A stretch of DNA of 32,000 nt from Thermofilum adornatum (GTDB taxonomy: Archaea; Thermoproteota; Thermoprotei; Thermofilales; Thermofilaceae). Shown here piece after piece: positions 17,099 through 24,627 of this stretch. The DNA lies in contig NC_022093.1 in assembly GCF_000446015.1 (NCBI RefSeq), positions 960,001-992,000 on the forward strand, in the 5' to 3' direction. Under the pieces are notes generated by a model. It had not been told where the DNA came from. It searched no databases and worked only from the letters and a program-made list of their open reading frames with translations. A program made the position numbers and the translations under genes. Each line of letters opens with the position of its first letter. The first letter of the stretch is position 1.

Positions 17099-18013
17099 TT
17101 ATCTGAGGAACATTTCGGCCATGTAAAAGCTAAATGCCACAATGGACATTTGGGCGGCCGAGTGTATTAGGCCCGCAGAGGCTTTTCCATACCGCATCTT
17201 GCCAACCAGCATCCCCCCGAAGAAGGCAACGATTATTCCCGCGAAATACATTATGGCTGTATATACTCCGGGGTCTATTTTCCCCATCGCCCCAGGTATT
17301 CCCTGCAACTTGCTTAGAGGGATAACAAACACGTATAGGATTGTTAGCGCCAGCACCACGTATAGGATTGTCGAAACATATATTGTCATCATGTGTGGTC
17401 TAAGAGCAGTAAGCCTCTCGTCCTCATAAGCCCTCAGAGCGCCAAATATCTGTGAAGAAGACTCTAGAACGTCTATGAGCCTACCACTGCTCTCATATGC
17501 AGTAGAGATTATGGACGCCGCTCTCTCGAGAGCAGGTAGCCGGAACCTAGAAACACTTTTCTCAAGGGCCTGCGGGAGTGGAAGACCCAGCTCTATAAGC
17601 ACAACGGCGTTCTTAAGAATCTTGCCTATTTCTCCACCATAGGTCTCGGCAACATGGCGCAGGCTCTCGGCAATTGTAAGCCCTGATCTCAAAGCCTCTG
17701 CTAGGCCCTTAAATATCTCCGGTAGCTCCCTGTGTACCCTATCGATAAAAAGATCTATAAAATAGTCAACTACAGCGTAAGGTAGCATGGCGAGCACCAG
17801 CGAGATGGTCCAGAGAACGTTGACCTTTACAGAGGTAACAACATAGACGCCCCCAACGTTTCGGATACTTTCCAGTAATTCGCCTCGAAGGAAAAAAACA
17901 AGATAAACAAATGGAATCGCTGACAACAGTGCCCCTATGGCGACAAGGAGAACTTTTCTCTGAAGACTCATCTCAATAAACGGCAAACGTATACACCTAC
18001 TTATTTCCCACAT
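17099..18013 (-). CDS. Type II secretion system F-domain membrane protein (TadC/PilC/FlaJ-like pilus platform protein, single-domain)
   Basis: 304 aa, with an alternative ATG at 17971. The cytoplasmic helical T2SSF-like block (LAEALRSGLTIAESLRHVAE...LPLPQALEKSVSRFRLPALERAASII) is flanked by N-terminal TM helices and two or more C-terminal TM helices. Confidence 0.6.
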   Translation of the reverse strand: MWEISRCIRLPFIEMSLQRKVLLVAIGALLSAIPFVYLVFFLRGELLESIRNVGGVYVVTSVKVNVLWTISLVLAMLPYAVVDYFIDLFIDRVHRELPEIFKGLAEALRSGLTIAESLRHVAETYGGEIGKILKNAVVLIELGLPLPQALEKSVSRFRLPALERAASIISTAYESSGRLIDVLESSSQIFGALRAYEDERLTALRPHMMTIYVSTILYVVLALTILYVFVIPLSKLQGIPGAMGKIDPGVYTAIMYFAGIIVAFFGGMLVGKMRYGKASAGLIHSAAQMSIVAFSFYMAEMFLR

Positions 18014-18073
18014 TTAAAACCATAAAAACTCTATGCTTGATCCATGCAAAAAACTGCCCGGACAACACAAAAA

Positions 18074-18172
18074 TGGAGCCCCGGCCGGGGTTTGAACCCG
18101 GGACCTTCGGCTATCTCGAACCTCTCCATGCCTCTTACGAGGCCGACGCTCCACCGGCTGAGCTACCGGGGC
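18074..18172 (-). tRNA. tRNA-Thr(CGU) with a canonical 23-nt intron (18113-18135); CCA encoded
   Basis: The reverse complement folds as GCCCCGG-UA-GCUC-AGCCGGUG-GAGC-G-UCGGC-CUCGUA[23 nt]A-GCCGA-AGGUC-CCGGG-UUCAAAC-CCCGG-CCGGGGC-U-CCA. A 4-bp helix CUCG/CGAG is flanked by 3-nt bulges UAA and AUA, placing both splice sites symmetrically (37/38). U73 fits Thr. Confidence 0.9.
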
Positions 18173-18281
18173 CGAGTTCGCGCGCGCTCTTGGCACGCGG
18201 AATTTAGGCCTACCTTTCATATGAATATCCTCTCTATTTTTTAAGTTTTCTACAAGCATGTCTCGTCTTGCGCGTGCTAAC

Positions 18282-18290
18282 ATATATATT
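18282..18290 (+). promoter_or_regulatory. TATA box candidate for the phosphohexomutase gene
   Basis: atatatatt lies 25-33 nt upstream of the ATG at 18315. Confidence 0.4.
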
Positions 18291-18314
18291 TGGATTCTCT
18301 GACAATAGCAATGT

Positions 18315-19670
18315 ATGGATAAATATAGGCACATATTCAGGGCCTACGATATCAGGGGTATTTTCGGCGAGGACCTGACACCCATAGTGGCAGTCAAGAT
18401 TGGTGGCGCCCTGTCCAAGCATTTTCCAGGCGTATACTGTGTATGTAGTGACCTTAGGTCCAGCTCGCAGGCGCTAAAAATGGCTTTATCCTCTGGACTG
18501 CTAGGTAGCGGGCAAAACGTAGTCGACGCCGGCTTCGGTCCAATAGGAATGGCTATCTATGCAACGAAACACCTTGGATACCATGTTGCCTATGTAACTG
18601 CGTCCCATCTCCCCCCAGAGTGGAACGGCATAAAACTCTTCAAGCCTAATGGTCTCCCTATCTGTGAAGAAGACCTTGAAAAACTCGCTGAGACAGTCGA
18701 GAGGGAGGAATTTTGGGTAAAGGCCGGGGAAGAAGGAAAATATGTTTCGAGGGATGTTCTAAGCGAATACTATGACTTTCTACTTAAGGTTCCCAAGAAA
18801 ACTAGCCGCAAGCTCAAAATAGTTGTTGACTGTGGTAACGGCGCTGCCTCGCTTGTTGTCCCTAGGCTTCTACGCGACCTCGGCCACGATGTCATTGGGA
18901 TTAACTGTGATGTGGATCCGCTTTTCCGGGTTAGGGGCTCGGAGCCCACACCTGAAACAACAAGCTTCATGGGCAAGCTCATAAGAGACTTTAACGCAGA
19001 CTTGGGGGTCAGCTTTGACGGTGACGGGGACAGGGCACTCTTTTTCGACGAAAAAGGCAACACCGTGACCCCAGAGCAAGCGGCACTAGTTATGCTGAAG
19101 GCGGCCCCGCCGGGAGACGTGGTAGCAAACGTCGAGTGTAGCAGTGTGGTCGAGAGGTTTGTCCAAGATAGGGGCGGGAAAGTAGTCAAAGTACCTGTAG
19201 GACGGATTCACATGATCTTTCAGGCCATGAAGTCGAATATCGTCCTTGGGGTCGAGAGTAGTGGACACTATATTCCCTACGGCGGTGTAAACCTCGACGA
19301 CGGAATTCTCGCTGTACTCCAGTTAATTGAAGCCTTGGGAACACTAGACGCTCCTCTCTCAAGTCTGCTTGTACCAATGCCCTTGCTGAGAAAAATAAAG
19401 ATCGAGATTAGCGACGAAGTAAAATTCAGAGTTGTGGATTGGCTCAAGAACACCTATCTATCCAAATACGAGAAAGTGTCAACGATAGATGGTGTACGTG
19501 TAGACCTGGAGGACGGATGGTTCCTTGTAAGAGCAAGCAACACTGAGCCTGCTATACGCGTAACAATAGAGTCAAACAATACCGAGGGGCTTGACAGAAT
19601 CGAGAAAATGGTTAGGAAAGACATAGAACAAGCCATGAAAAGCCTGGGAAGTAGCCAGGCTAAGAAATAA
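18315..19670 (+). CDS. Phosphoglucomutase/phosphomannomutase family (alpha-D-phosphohexomutase)
   Basis: 451 aa. N-terminal FRAYDIRGIFGEDLTP. Active-site loop TASHLPPEWNGIKL. Metal-binding FDGDGDR. Sugar-binding GVESSGH. Confidence 0.85.
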   Translation: MDKYRHIFRAYDIRGIFGEDLTPIVAVKIGGALSKHFPGVYCVCSDLRSSSQALKMALSSGLLGSGQNVVDAGFGPIGMAIYATKHLGYHVAYVTASHLPPEWNGIKLFKPNGLPICEEDLEKLAETVEREEFWVKAGEEGKYVSRDVLSEYYDFLLKVPKKTSRKLKIVVDCGNGAASLVVPRLLRDLGHDVIGINCDVDPLFRVRGSEPTPETTSFMGKLIRDFNADLGVSFDGDGDRALFFDEKGNTVTPEQAALVMLKAAPPGDVVANVECSSVVERFVQDRGGKVVKVPVGRIHMIFQAMKSNIVLGVESSGHYIPYGGVNLDDGILAVLQLIEALGTLDAPLSSLLVPMPLLRKIKIEISDEVKFRVVDWLKNTYLSKYEKVSTIDGVRVDLEDGWFLVRASNTEPAIRVTIESNNTEGLDRIEKMVRKDIEQAMKSLGSSQAKK

Positions 19671-19705
19671 ATAGCAATAAAATGTAATAACAATTTCGTA
19701 ACAGG

Positions 19706-20047
19706 GTGAAATGCTTGAGCGTGGTAGCAATTGGGGCATCGCCAACCATCGACGCGTTACGTCTACTGGGGTTCGAGATTTTCAAGGTACCCGAGAAAAT
19801 TGGCAAAACAGAGGAAGACGAAATAGTGTCAAAAATTCTAGAAAGCAAAGTGGCCCTAATAGAGGGAGAAATCTATGCAAACCTCTCGGAACGTCTGGGT
19901 CGCACATTGTCCTACTTAAAGGAGCCCCCTCTCCTGGTAGTCATACCATCCTCAGAAAAAGCCTCTACACACAGGCTAGAAGAATTGTATGGTAAATTAT
20001 CTATGGCAGTTGGGGTGAGGCTCAAATGGGTGAAGAAAGAAGAATAG
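19706..20047 (+). CDS. atpF: A-type (V-type) ATP synthase subunit F
   Basis: About 113 aa with a GTG start (alternative GTG at 19721). VVAIGASPTIDALRLLGFE...ALIEGEIYANL...PPLLVVIPSSEK matches the subunit-F pattern. Directly followed by H- and E-like genes. Confidence 0.6.
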   Translation: MKCLSVVAIGASPTIDALRLLGFEIFKVPEKIGKTEEDEIVSKILESKVALIEGEIYANLSERLGRTLSYLKEPPLLVVIPSSEKASTHRLEELYGKLSMAVGVRLKWVKKEE

Positions 20048-20052
20048 ACCCT

Positions 20053-20379
20053 ATGGCTCTAAGCGAAGAGCTAGATATTACCGTCATCCTCGAGGAGCAG
20101 AAAAAAGCAGAGGAAATAGTGCAGGAGGCGAAGAAAAAGGCAGAAGCCATACTTGAAGAGGCCAGGTCGGCTGCAAGAGAAATCCTAGGCAAGGCACAGC
20201 AAGTCGAAATGGATCCAGAGGCCAAAAAGATGCTTGAGGAGGAGGAAAGAAAGATAAAGGACTCTCTTTCCCAATACGAGAGACAGCTAGACGAGGACTT
20301 GAAGAGGATCAAGGAAAAACTTACAAGCAACAGGGAACAGTTCAAAAAAATTATAGTCGAAATGTTCCTGGGGAGATAA
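20053..20379 (+). CDS. atpH: A-type ATP synthase subunit H (peripheral-stalk, G-like)
   Basis: About 108 aa from the ATG at 20053; the ORF also opens at 20026, overlapping atpF. AEEIVQEAKKKAEAILEEARSAAREILGKAQ is the typical subunit-H helical repeat. Confidence 0.6.
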   Translation: MALSEELDITVILEEQKKAEEIVQEAKKKAEAILEEARSAAREILGKAQQVEMDPEAKKMLEEEERKIKDSLSQYERQLDEDLKRIKEKLTSNREQFKKIIVEMFLGR

Positions 20380-20381
20380 AT

Positions 20382-21014
20382 ATGGGAGAACACAAGAGTC
20401 TCTTGGAAGTAATTATCAAGGAGATGAGGTCTGCCGCCGAGGAAGAGGCACAAAAAATACTTAAAGAGGCCGAGGCAGAGGCCCAAAAGATCCTCGAGGA
20501 CGCACGAGCCAAGGCAGAGTCGCTGAGAAAGGAAAAACTTAACCAACTAGTCTTCGAGTATAGGCAGAAGCTACTCAGCGAGATTGCGCCGATGAGACTC
20601 GAGCTAAAGAGAAAATACATACAGGAGAAGTATAGACTAGTAGAGAACCAAGTTGACGAGTTGATTATGGAAGTGGTGAACGAGATAACAGGGTCAAGCG
20701 ATACTAGAAAAGCTTTCTTAGTTAAAGTACTAAGCGATGCGGTAGCTTCTATGGCTTCCAGCGACCTAGTTATAAACCCGTGTTACGGTTCAAAAGACAT
20801 TATACCTGACGTGCTAGAGGAAGTCAAACAGAAGCTACTTTCTTTGAAGCCAAACCTGAGGATTGAGGTTTCAACGCCTATAGAGTGTAGGGAAGGCGCA
20901 GTTATCACTTCGAGTGATGGTAGAGAAATCTACAATGCAACTCTTGAAGCAAAGATCAAGGAGGTAAGAGAATCAGTCCTTCCCAAGATTATGGAACAAC
21001 TCTCGAAAAAATAG
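20382..21014 (+). CDS. atpE: A-type ATP synthase subunit E
   Basis: 210 aa. N-terminal helical EEEAQKILKEAEAEAQKILEDARAKAE. Globular C-terminus ...REGAVITSSDGREIYNATLEAKIKEV, as in subunit E. Starts 2 nt after the atpH stop. Confidence 0.75.
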   Translation: MGEHKSLLEVIIKEMRSAAEEEAQKILKEAEAEAQKILEDARAKAESLRKEKLNQLVFEYRQKLLSEIAPMRLELKRKYIQEKYRLVENQVDELIMEVVNEITGSSDTRKAFLVKVLSDAVASMASSDLVINPCYGSKDIIPDVLEEVKQKLLSLKPNLRIEVSTPIECREGAVITSSDGREIYNATLEAKIKEVRESVLPKIMEQLSKK

Positions 21015-21034
21015 TTCTACATTAAGTCTAGGAA

Positions 21035-21298
21035 CTATTTCCTGTTTTGTGTCTCAAGCTCTACTATAGCTGGGACAGGGTACTTGTACTTTATTTCCTT
21101 TAGTTTCCCTTTGCCTATTCTCGCAACTATTTTGTCGTCTACCAGGATAAGGTCGGCCTTCTTCTCTCTAATAATGTTTTCTATGTGTGTAATTGCCTCG
21201 GATGGGTTCTCAACTGCAATAACAATATCAGCTCCTCCGGCCTTTAAGGCATCTTCGAGGTCTCTAAATACTATGGCTGCGATCCTCATGCTGGGCAT
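21035..21298 (-). CDS. Small subunit-F-like protein (second AtpF-like paralogue?)
   Basis: 87 aa. MRIAAIVFRDLEDALKAGGAD...ADLILVDDKIVARIG...PVPAIVELE follows the same beta-alpha pattern as ATPase subunit F. The assignment is tentative. Confidence 0.4.
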   Translation of the reverse strand: MPSMRIAAIVFRDLEDALKAGGADIVIAVENPSEAITHIENIIREKKADLILVDDKIVARIGKGKLKEIKYKYPVPAIVELETQNRK

Positions 21299-21382
21299 AT
21301 TACTCTCATAGCAATTTGCACTATCTTTATAAGTTTTTCAAATCCTAAAAACTCTAGGTGACCTCCTATTAAGTATAGGTTG

Positions 21383-21766
21383 ATGGACCTGCTTGCATGT
21401 CCATACGATAAACACTTCCCCCTAGAGCTTTACGTTGTAGAGGTCAACAAGTACGAGGAGAGGAATGTGTCTTTCAGGTCGAAGCCAGCATGTGAGCTTT
21501 ACTGTGCCTTCAGGGGGAAGGAGGTCAAGGAATTCGGCGGCAAGGATCCTGGCTGTGACGAATGCATAAAATACGAGGTGAAGACTGGCGTGCTCTACTG
21601 CCCGACTTGTCAGAGATGGTACCCGATAAAAGACGAGATACCTGTCTTGTTACCTGACGATCTGCGAAAAAAGGACGAAGACTTGAAATTCCTAATGCAG
21701 ATCAAAGACAGGATTCCAGAAAAAATCTGGTTGCAGGGAAAACCTTTCAACCTTTCTGAAAAATAG
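21383..21766 (+). CDS. trm112: Trm112-family protein (methyltransferase activator-like), long form with a Cys-rich insertion
   Basis: N-terminal LLACPYDKHFPLEL and C-terminal LYCPTCQRWYPIKDEIPVLLPDD are the two halves of the Trm112/DUF343 zinc-knuckle fold. The middle insertion carries CELYC...CDEC. The ATG at 21383 is preceded by an in-frame TTG at 21380. Confidence 0.7.
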   Translation: MDLLACPYDKHFPLELYVVEVNKYEERNVSFRSKPACELYCAFRGKEVKEFGGKDPGCDECIKYEVKTGVLYCPTCQRWYPIKDEIPVLLPDDLRKKDEDLKFLMQIKDRIPEKIWLQGKPFNLSEK

Positions 21767-23494
21767 CTAGTCATGCGTATAGATATAGGTATTCTCTTGG
21801 TCTTTTTTCACGTAGCCTATCCTTACAAACTGTATCTGTTCTCCTATTTTAAGGTCGCTGGTAGAAGGTTCAGCAAGGCCATCAATCCTTTGTATAGTGT
21901 TTCCCTCAGCCTTTAGAATTGTAGCTTTAACGGCGGTTTCCACAGGCGCCCACTGTATGATCTGTAGCTTCTTTTCCTTGGCAAATACAATATCGTTGTT
22001 AAGGAACCTAAGACTCGAGCCATCTACCACCTCAAAGTTCCCAAGACCCATCAGTCTCAGGGCTTTGTCTTCTAGGTCTTTTTCGCTAACATAAATGAAT
22101 GGCTGGCTAAGAGTTATTTTTCTCTTTCCACGTTCTGGGAAAGATGGATGAACGATGACCTCAGCAGTTATTGGTGGCTGAAGCCCAACTAGCTCAACTT
22201 TTCTAACGGGCTCTGGAACAAACATGTACCTGTTTGCCCGCGGCTCTAAGTATTTCCTGTTGAATGCATGTAGCTTTTCTATGCTTATCTTGGCTGTGGA
22301 CGACTTTATGCCCACCTCTAAGACAATGTCCCAAATTGCTTCTGGAAGGATGCCTCTCCTCCTTAAAGCGGCCAAAGTTCCCAGCCTTATATCGTCGTAC
22401 GATGCGTAGAGTTTCTTGTCGAGTCCTCTTTTAATTACCGACTTGCTGAGTATCATTCCTTCGAGGTTCATCCTTCCAAAATGTATACTTATAGGTGGCT
22501 TCCACCCCATATGCTCATATATATAGTTCTGCTTCAAGGTGTTGACGGCGTGCTCCTCTCCTCTCAAAACATGTGTTACGCCAAGCATGTGGTCGTCAAC
22601 CGCGCAGGCAAAGTTGTATGTAGGCCACACGATATACTTGCTACCCACAAGTGGATGAGGTGACTTCTCAGTGTCGAGGACACGGAAAGCTATCCAGTCC
22701 CGTACAGACGGGTTAGGATGCGCGGGGTCTGTCTTGATACGTAGAACGGCAGCGCCCTCTGGGTATTCTCCTGAGAGCATTTTCTCCCAGCGTTCCACGT
22801 GCTCCTCGACGGGTAGCTGTGAGCAGGGGTCTGGGATGCCTTGATCCCTAAATTGCTTTATTTCTTCCTGGCTATGGGTACACACGTAGGCTTTTCCCCT
22901 CCTAATTAGCTCCTCTGCGACTCCGTAGTAGATCTCCATGCGCTGGCTCTGAATGTATTCCTCGTCCCATAGGACGTTAAGCCACTTTAGATCCTCTCTA
23001 ATAAGGTCGTAGGCTTCCTTGAGGGGGCGCTTTGTCTTTGGGTCTGTATCCTCAAATCTCAAGATAAATTTCCCACTGTACATCTTCTTAGCATAGTAAT
23101 AGTTGAGAATTGCTGGACGGGCACTGCCAAGGTGTAGCACAAAGTCTGGGTTCGGCGCAAACCTCGTTACCACTCTGCCTCCAAGTTCATCAGCTCCGGG
23201 CAAGGGAGGAAGACGTTTCACCTCTACACGTTTCTCGGCTGTAAGCGCCTCTGGCCAGATTTCCGCGAGAAGCCTGGCCTGTTGGTCTTTATCCATACTA
23301 TTGACTTCGTCTACAACTTGTCTAACAATATCTAAGACTTCTTTTGCATTTCTCCTGAGCTCGGGGATCTCGGCGAAAATTTTGCTTGTGACAGCGTCGA
23401 GCCTAGCTTTTCCCCCAAACTTAACTGCATTTGCAAGTGCATGCTTGAGGGCAACCTTTCTGACGTCAATCTCCAAGACTCTCCACCAACACAC
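21767..23494 (-). CDS. gltX: Glutamate--tRNA ligase (archaeal/eukaryal type)
   Basis: 575 aa. VVTRFAPNPDFVLHLGSARPAILNY (HIGH), ILRFEDTDP and MILSKS (KMSKS-like), with a beta-barrel C-terminal anticodon-binding region. The start is uncertain: GTG at 23494 or TTG at 23476. Confidence 0.9.
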   Translation of the reverse strand: MCWWRVLEIDVRKVALKHALANAVKFGGKARLDAVTSKIFAEIPELRRNAKEVLDIVRQVVDEVNSMDKDQQARLLAEIWPEALTAEKRVEVKRLPPLPGADELGGRVVTRFAPNPDFVLHLGSARPAILNYYYAKKMYSGKFILRFEDTDPKTKRPLKEAYDLIREDLKWLNVLWDEEYIQSQRMEIYYGVAEELIRRGKAYVCTHSQEEIKQFRDQGIPDPCSQLPVEEHVERWEKMLSGEYPEGAAVLRIKTDPAHPNPSVRDWIAFRVLDTEKSPHPLVGSKYIVWPTYNFACAVDDHMLGVTHVLRGEEHAVNTLKQNYIYEHMGWKPPISIHFGRMNLEGMILSKSVIKRGLDKKLYASYDDIRLGTLAALRRRGILPEAIWDIVLEVGIKSSTAKISIEKLHAFNRKYLEPRANRYMFVPEPVRKVELVGLQPPITAEVIVHPSFPERGKRKITLSQPFIYVSEKDLEDKALRLMGLGNFEVVDGSSLRFLNNDIVFAKEKKLQIIQWAPVETAVKATILKAEGNTIQRIDGLAEPSTSDLKIGEQIQFVRIGYVKKDQENTYIYTHD

Positions 23495-23559
23495 ACCTCT
23501 ACAACACTGTAATTAAACTTTAGCTAGAACCCGTCTATAATGTATGAAAACAACAAAAA

Positions 23560-23677
23560 TGGTGGACCGGCCGGGATTCGAACCCGGGACCACCACCGTT
23601 CTCGGTACCTCTATGTTTTCCTTGCGAAGGTGGCTTGAGGCTTCTAGGTCTGTATCCTCCCACTAGACGACCGGCCC
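23560..23677 (-). tRNA. tRNA-Ala(CGC) candidate with two introns (19 nt at 23635-23653, non-canonical 25/26; 24 nt at 23599-23622, canonical 37/38); CCA encoded
   Basis: Reverse complement: GGGCCGG-UC-GUCU-AGUGGGA-GGAU-[19]-G-CCACC-UUCGCA[24]C-GGUGG-UGGUC-CCGGG-UUCGAAU-CCCGG-CCGGUCC-A-CCA. G3:U70 plus A73 are the alanine identity elements. Both inserts are bracketed by a 4-bp helix with two 3-nt bulges: UUCG/CGAG with CAA/AAC, and GAGG/CCUC with AUA/AAG. Confidence 0.75.
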
Positions 23678-23778
23678 CTTGACCAGCTATTTTACATGTA
23701 ATGTTTGCTCCTAAATACTTTTCGGGCATAGAACCAAAGAATATATTTTGTCTGTTATTGTTTGTCCTTGTAGTACCT

Positions 23779-24627
23779 ATGCATATCCGAGACGTGTTAA
23801 GAGGCAAGATTCCAGAAGATTTGCTTCGTCTAGTTCCTTCGAGCTTCGACATAATTGGTTCACGTGAAAAGGCCGTTGCGATTGTCGAGCTGGATGACGC
23901 GCTCTTGCCTTACAAGGAGCTTGTCGCAGATGCAATTTTCGAGGTTCACAAAAATGTGCGGGCAGTTTACAGGAAGGCGAGTGAAAGGAAGGGCGAGTAC
24001 AGAGTGAGGGAGCTTGAGCTTATCAAGGGTGAAAACGTCACCGAGGTTATTCATATGGAGCATGGATACAAGATAAAGCTTGACGTGACAAAGGTATATT
24101 TTTCTCCTAGAGAAGCCACAGAAAGACAGAGAATAGCTAGCCAAGTTAAACCCGGCGAAACAGTGATGGTAATGTTTGCAGGGGTTGGACCCTTTGCAAT
24201 CGCCATAGCGAAGAAACAGCCAGCAGTAGGCAGGATCATTGCTATCGAGATAAACCCGGACGCATATAGGTACATGGTCGAAAACATAAAGATAAACAAG
24301 GTAGAACACCTAGTGTATCCCGTACTTGGGGACGTGAAGATAGAGGCTCCAAGATTCTTCAACCAGTGTGACAGGGTCGTTATGCCGCTTCCAAAAGGGG
24401 CCTACCTCTTCCTCGACGAAGCCGTAAACTGCCTAAAGGAGACTGGCGGCTGGATCCACTTTTACCACTGGTCCCGAGAAGAAGACCTATTCACAGAAGC
24501 ATTTAGGCTAGTGAGTGAAGCTGCTCGTAAAAGGGGCTTTACTGCGGAGCTTAGGGGGGCTAGGAAAGTGTCCCCATATGCGCCAAGAATCTACAAGGTA
24601 GCAGTAGACGTGCTGCTCACTAAGTAG
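23779..24627 (+). CDS. trm5: tRNA (guanine37-N1)-methyltransferase Trm5 family (Trm5/Taw22-like)
   Basis: FDIIGSREKAVAIVEL, YRVRELELIKGE, HGYKIKLDVTKVYFSPREATER and the SAM motif VMVMFAGVGPFAIAIAK. The ORF opens at 23701, but that extension runs into the region immediately upstream of the tRNA gene (23678 onward), so the ATG at 23779 (MHIRDVL) is preferred. Confidence 0.8.
   Translation: MHIRDVLRGKIPEDLLRLVPSSFDIIGSREKAVAIVELDDALLPYKELVADAIFEVHKNVRAVYRKASERKGEYRVRELELIKGENVTEVIHMEHGYKIKLDVTKVYFSPREATERQRIASQVKPGETVMVMFAGVGPFAIAIAKKQPAVGRIIAIEINPDAYRYMVENIKINKVEHLVYPVLGDVKIEAPRFFNQCDRVVMPLPKGAYLFLDEAVNCLKETGGWIHFYHWSREEDLFTEAFRLVSEAARKRGFTAELRGARKVSPYAPRIYKVAVDVLLTK

Noticed and set aside
18014-18422. 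ORFs 18014..18334 (-), 18044..18244 (+) and 18234..18422 (-)
   Set aside because: They read across the tRNA-Thr gene, its flanks, and the start of the phosphohexomutase gene. The tRNA cloverleaf explains this sequence.
20022-20620. Minus-strand ORFs 20022..20546 and 20351..20620 antisense to atpH/atpE
   Set aside because: This is the same artefact: Ser/Leu/Phe-rich antisense translation of Glu/Lys/Ala-rich helical genes. The sense genes have clear family signatures.
23535-23852. 105-aa minus-strand ORF and the N-terminal extension of the trm5 ORF (23701..23778)
   Set aside because: The minus ORF translates through tRNA-Ala. The trm5 extension (MFAPKYFSG...LFVLVVP) lies in the region immediately upstream of the tRNA gene and is not part of the Trm5 fold. 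The ATG at 23779 is preferred.
18014-24619. Idea that the segment between the pilus platform gene and the pilus ATPase, bounded by two tRNA genes, is an integrated mobile element
   Set aside because: There is no integrase, no direct repeat of a tRNA 3' half, and the cargo is core housekeeping (gltX, ATPase stalk subunits, phosphohexomutase, trm5). An ancient rearrangement is more plausible than an integrative element.
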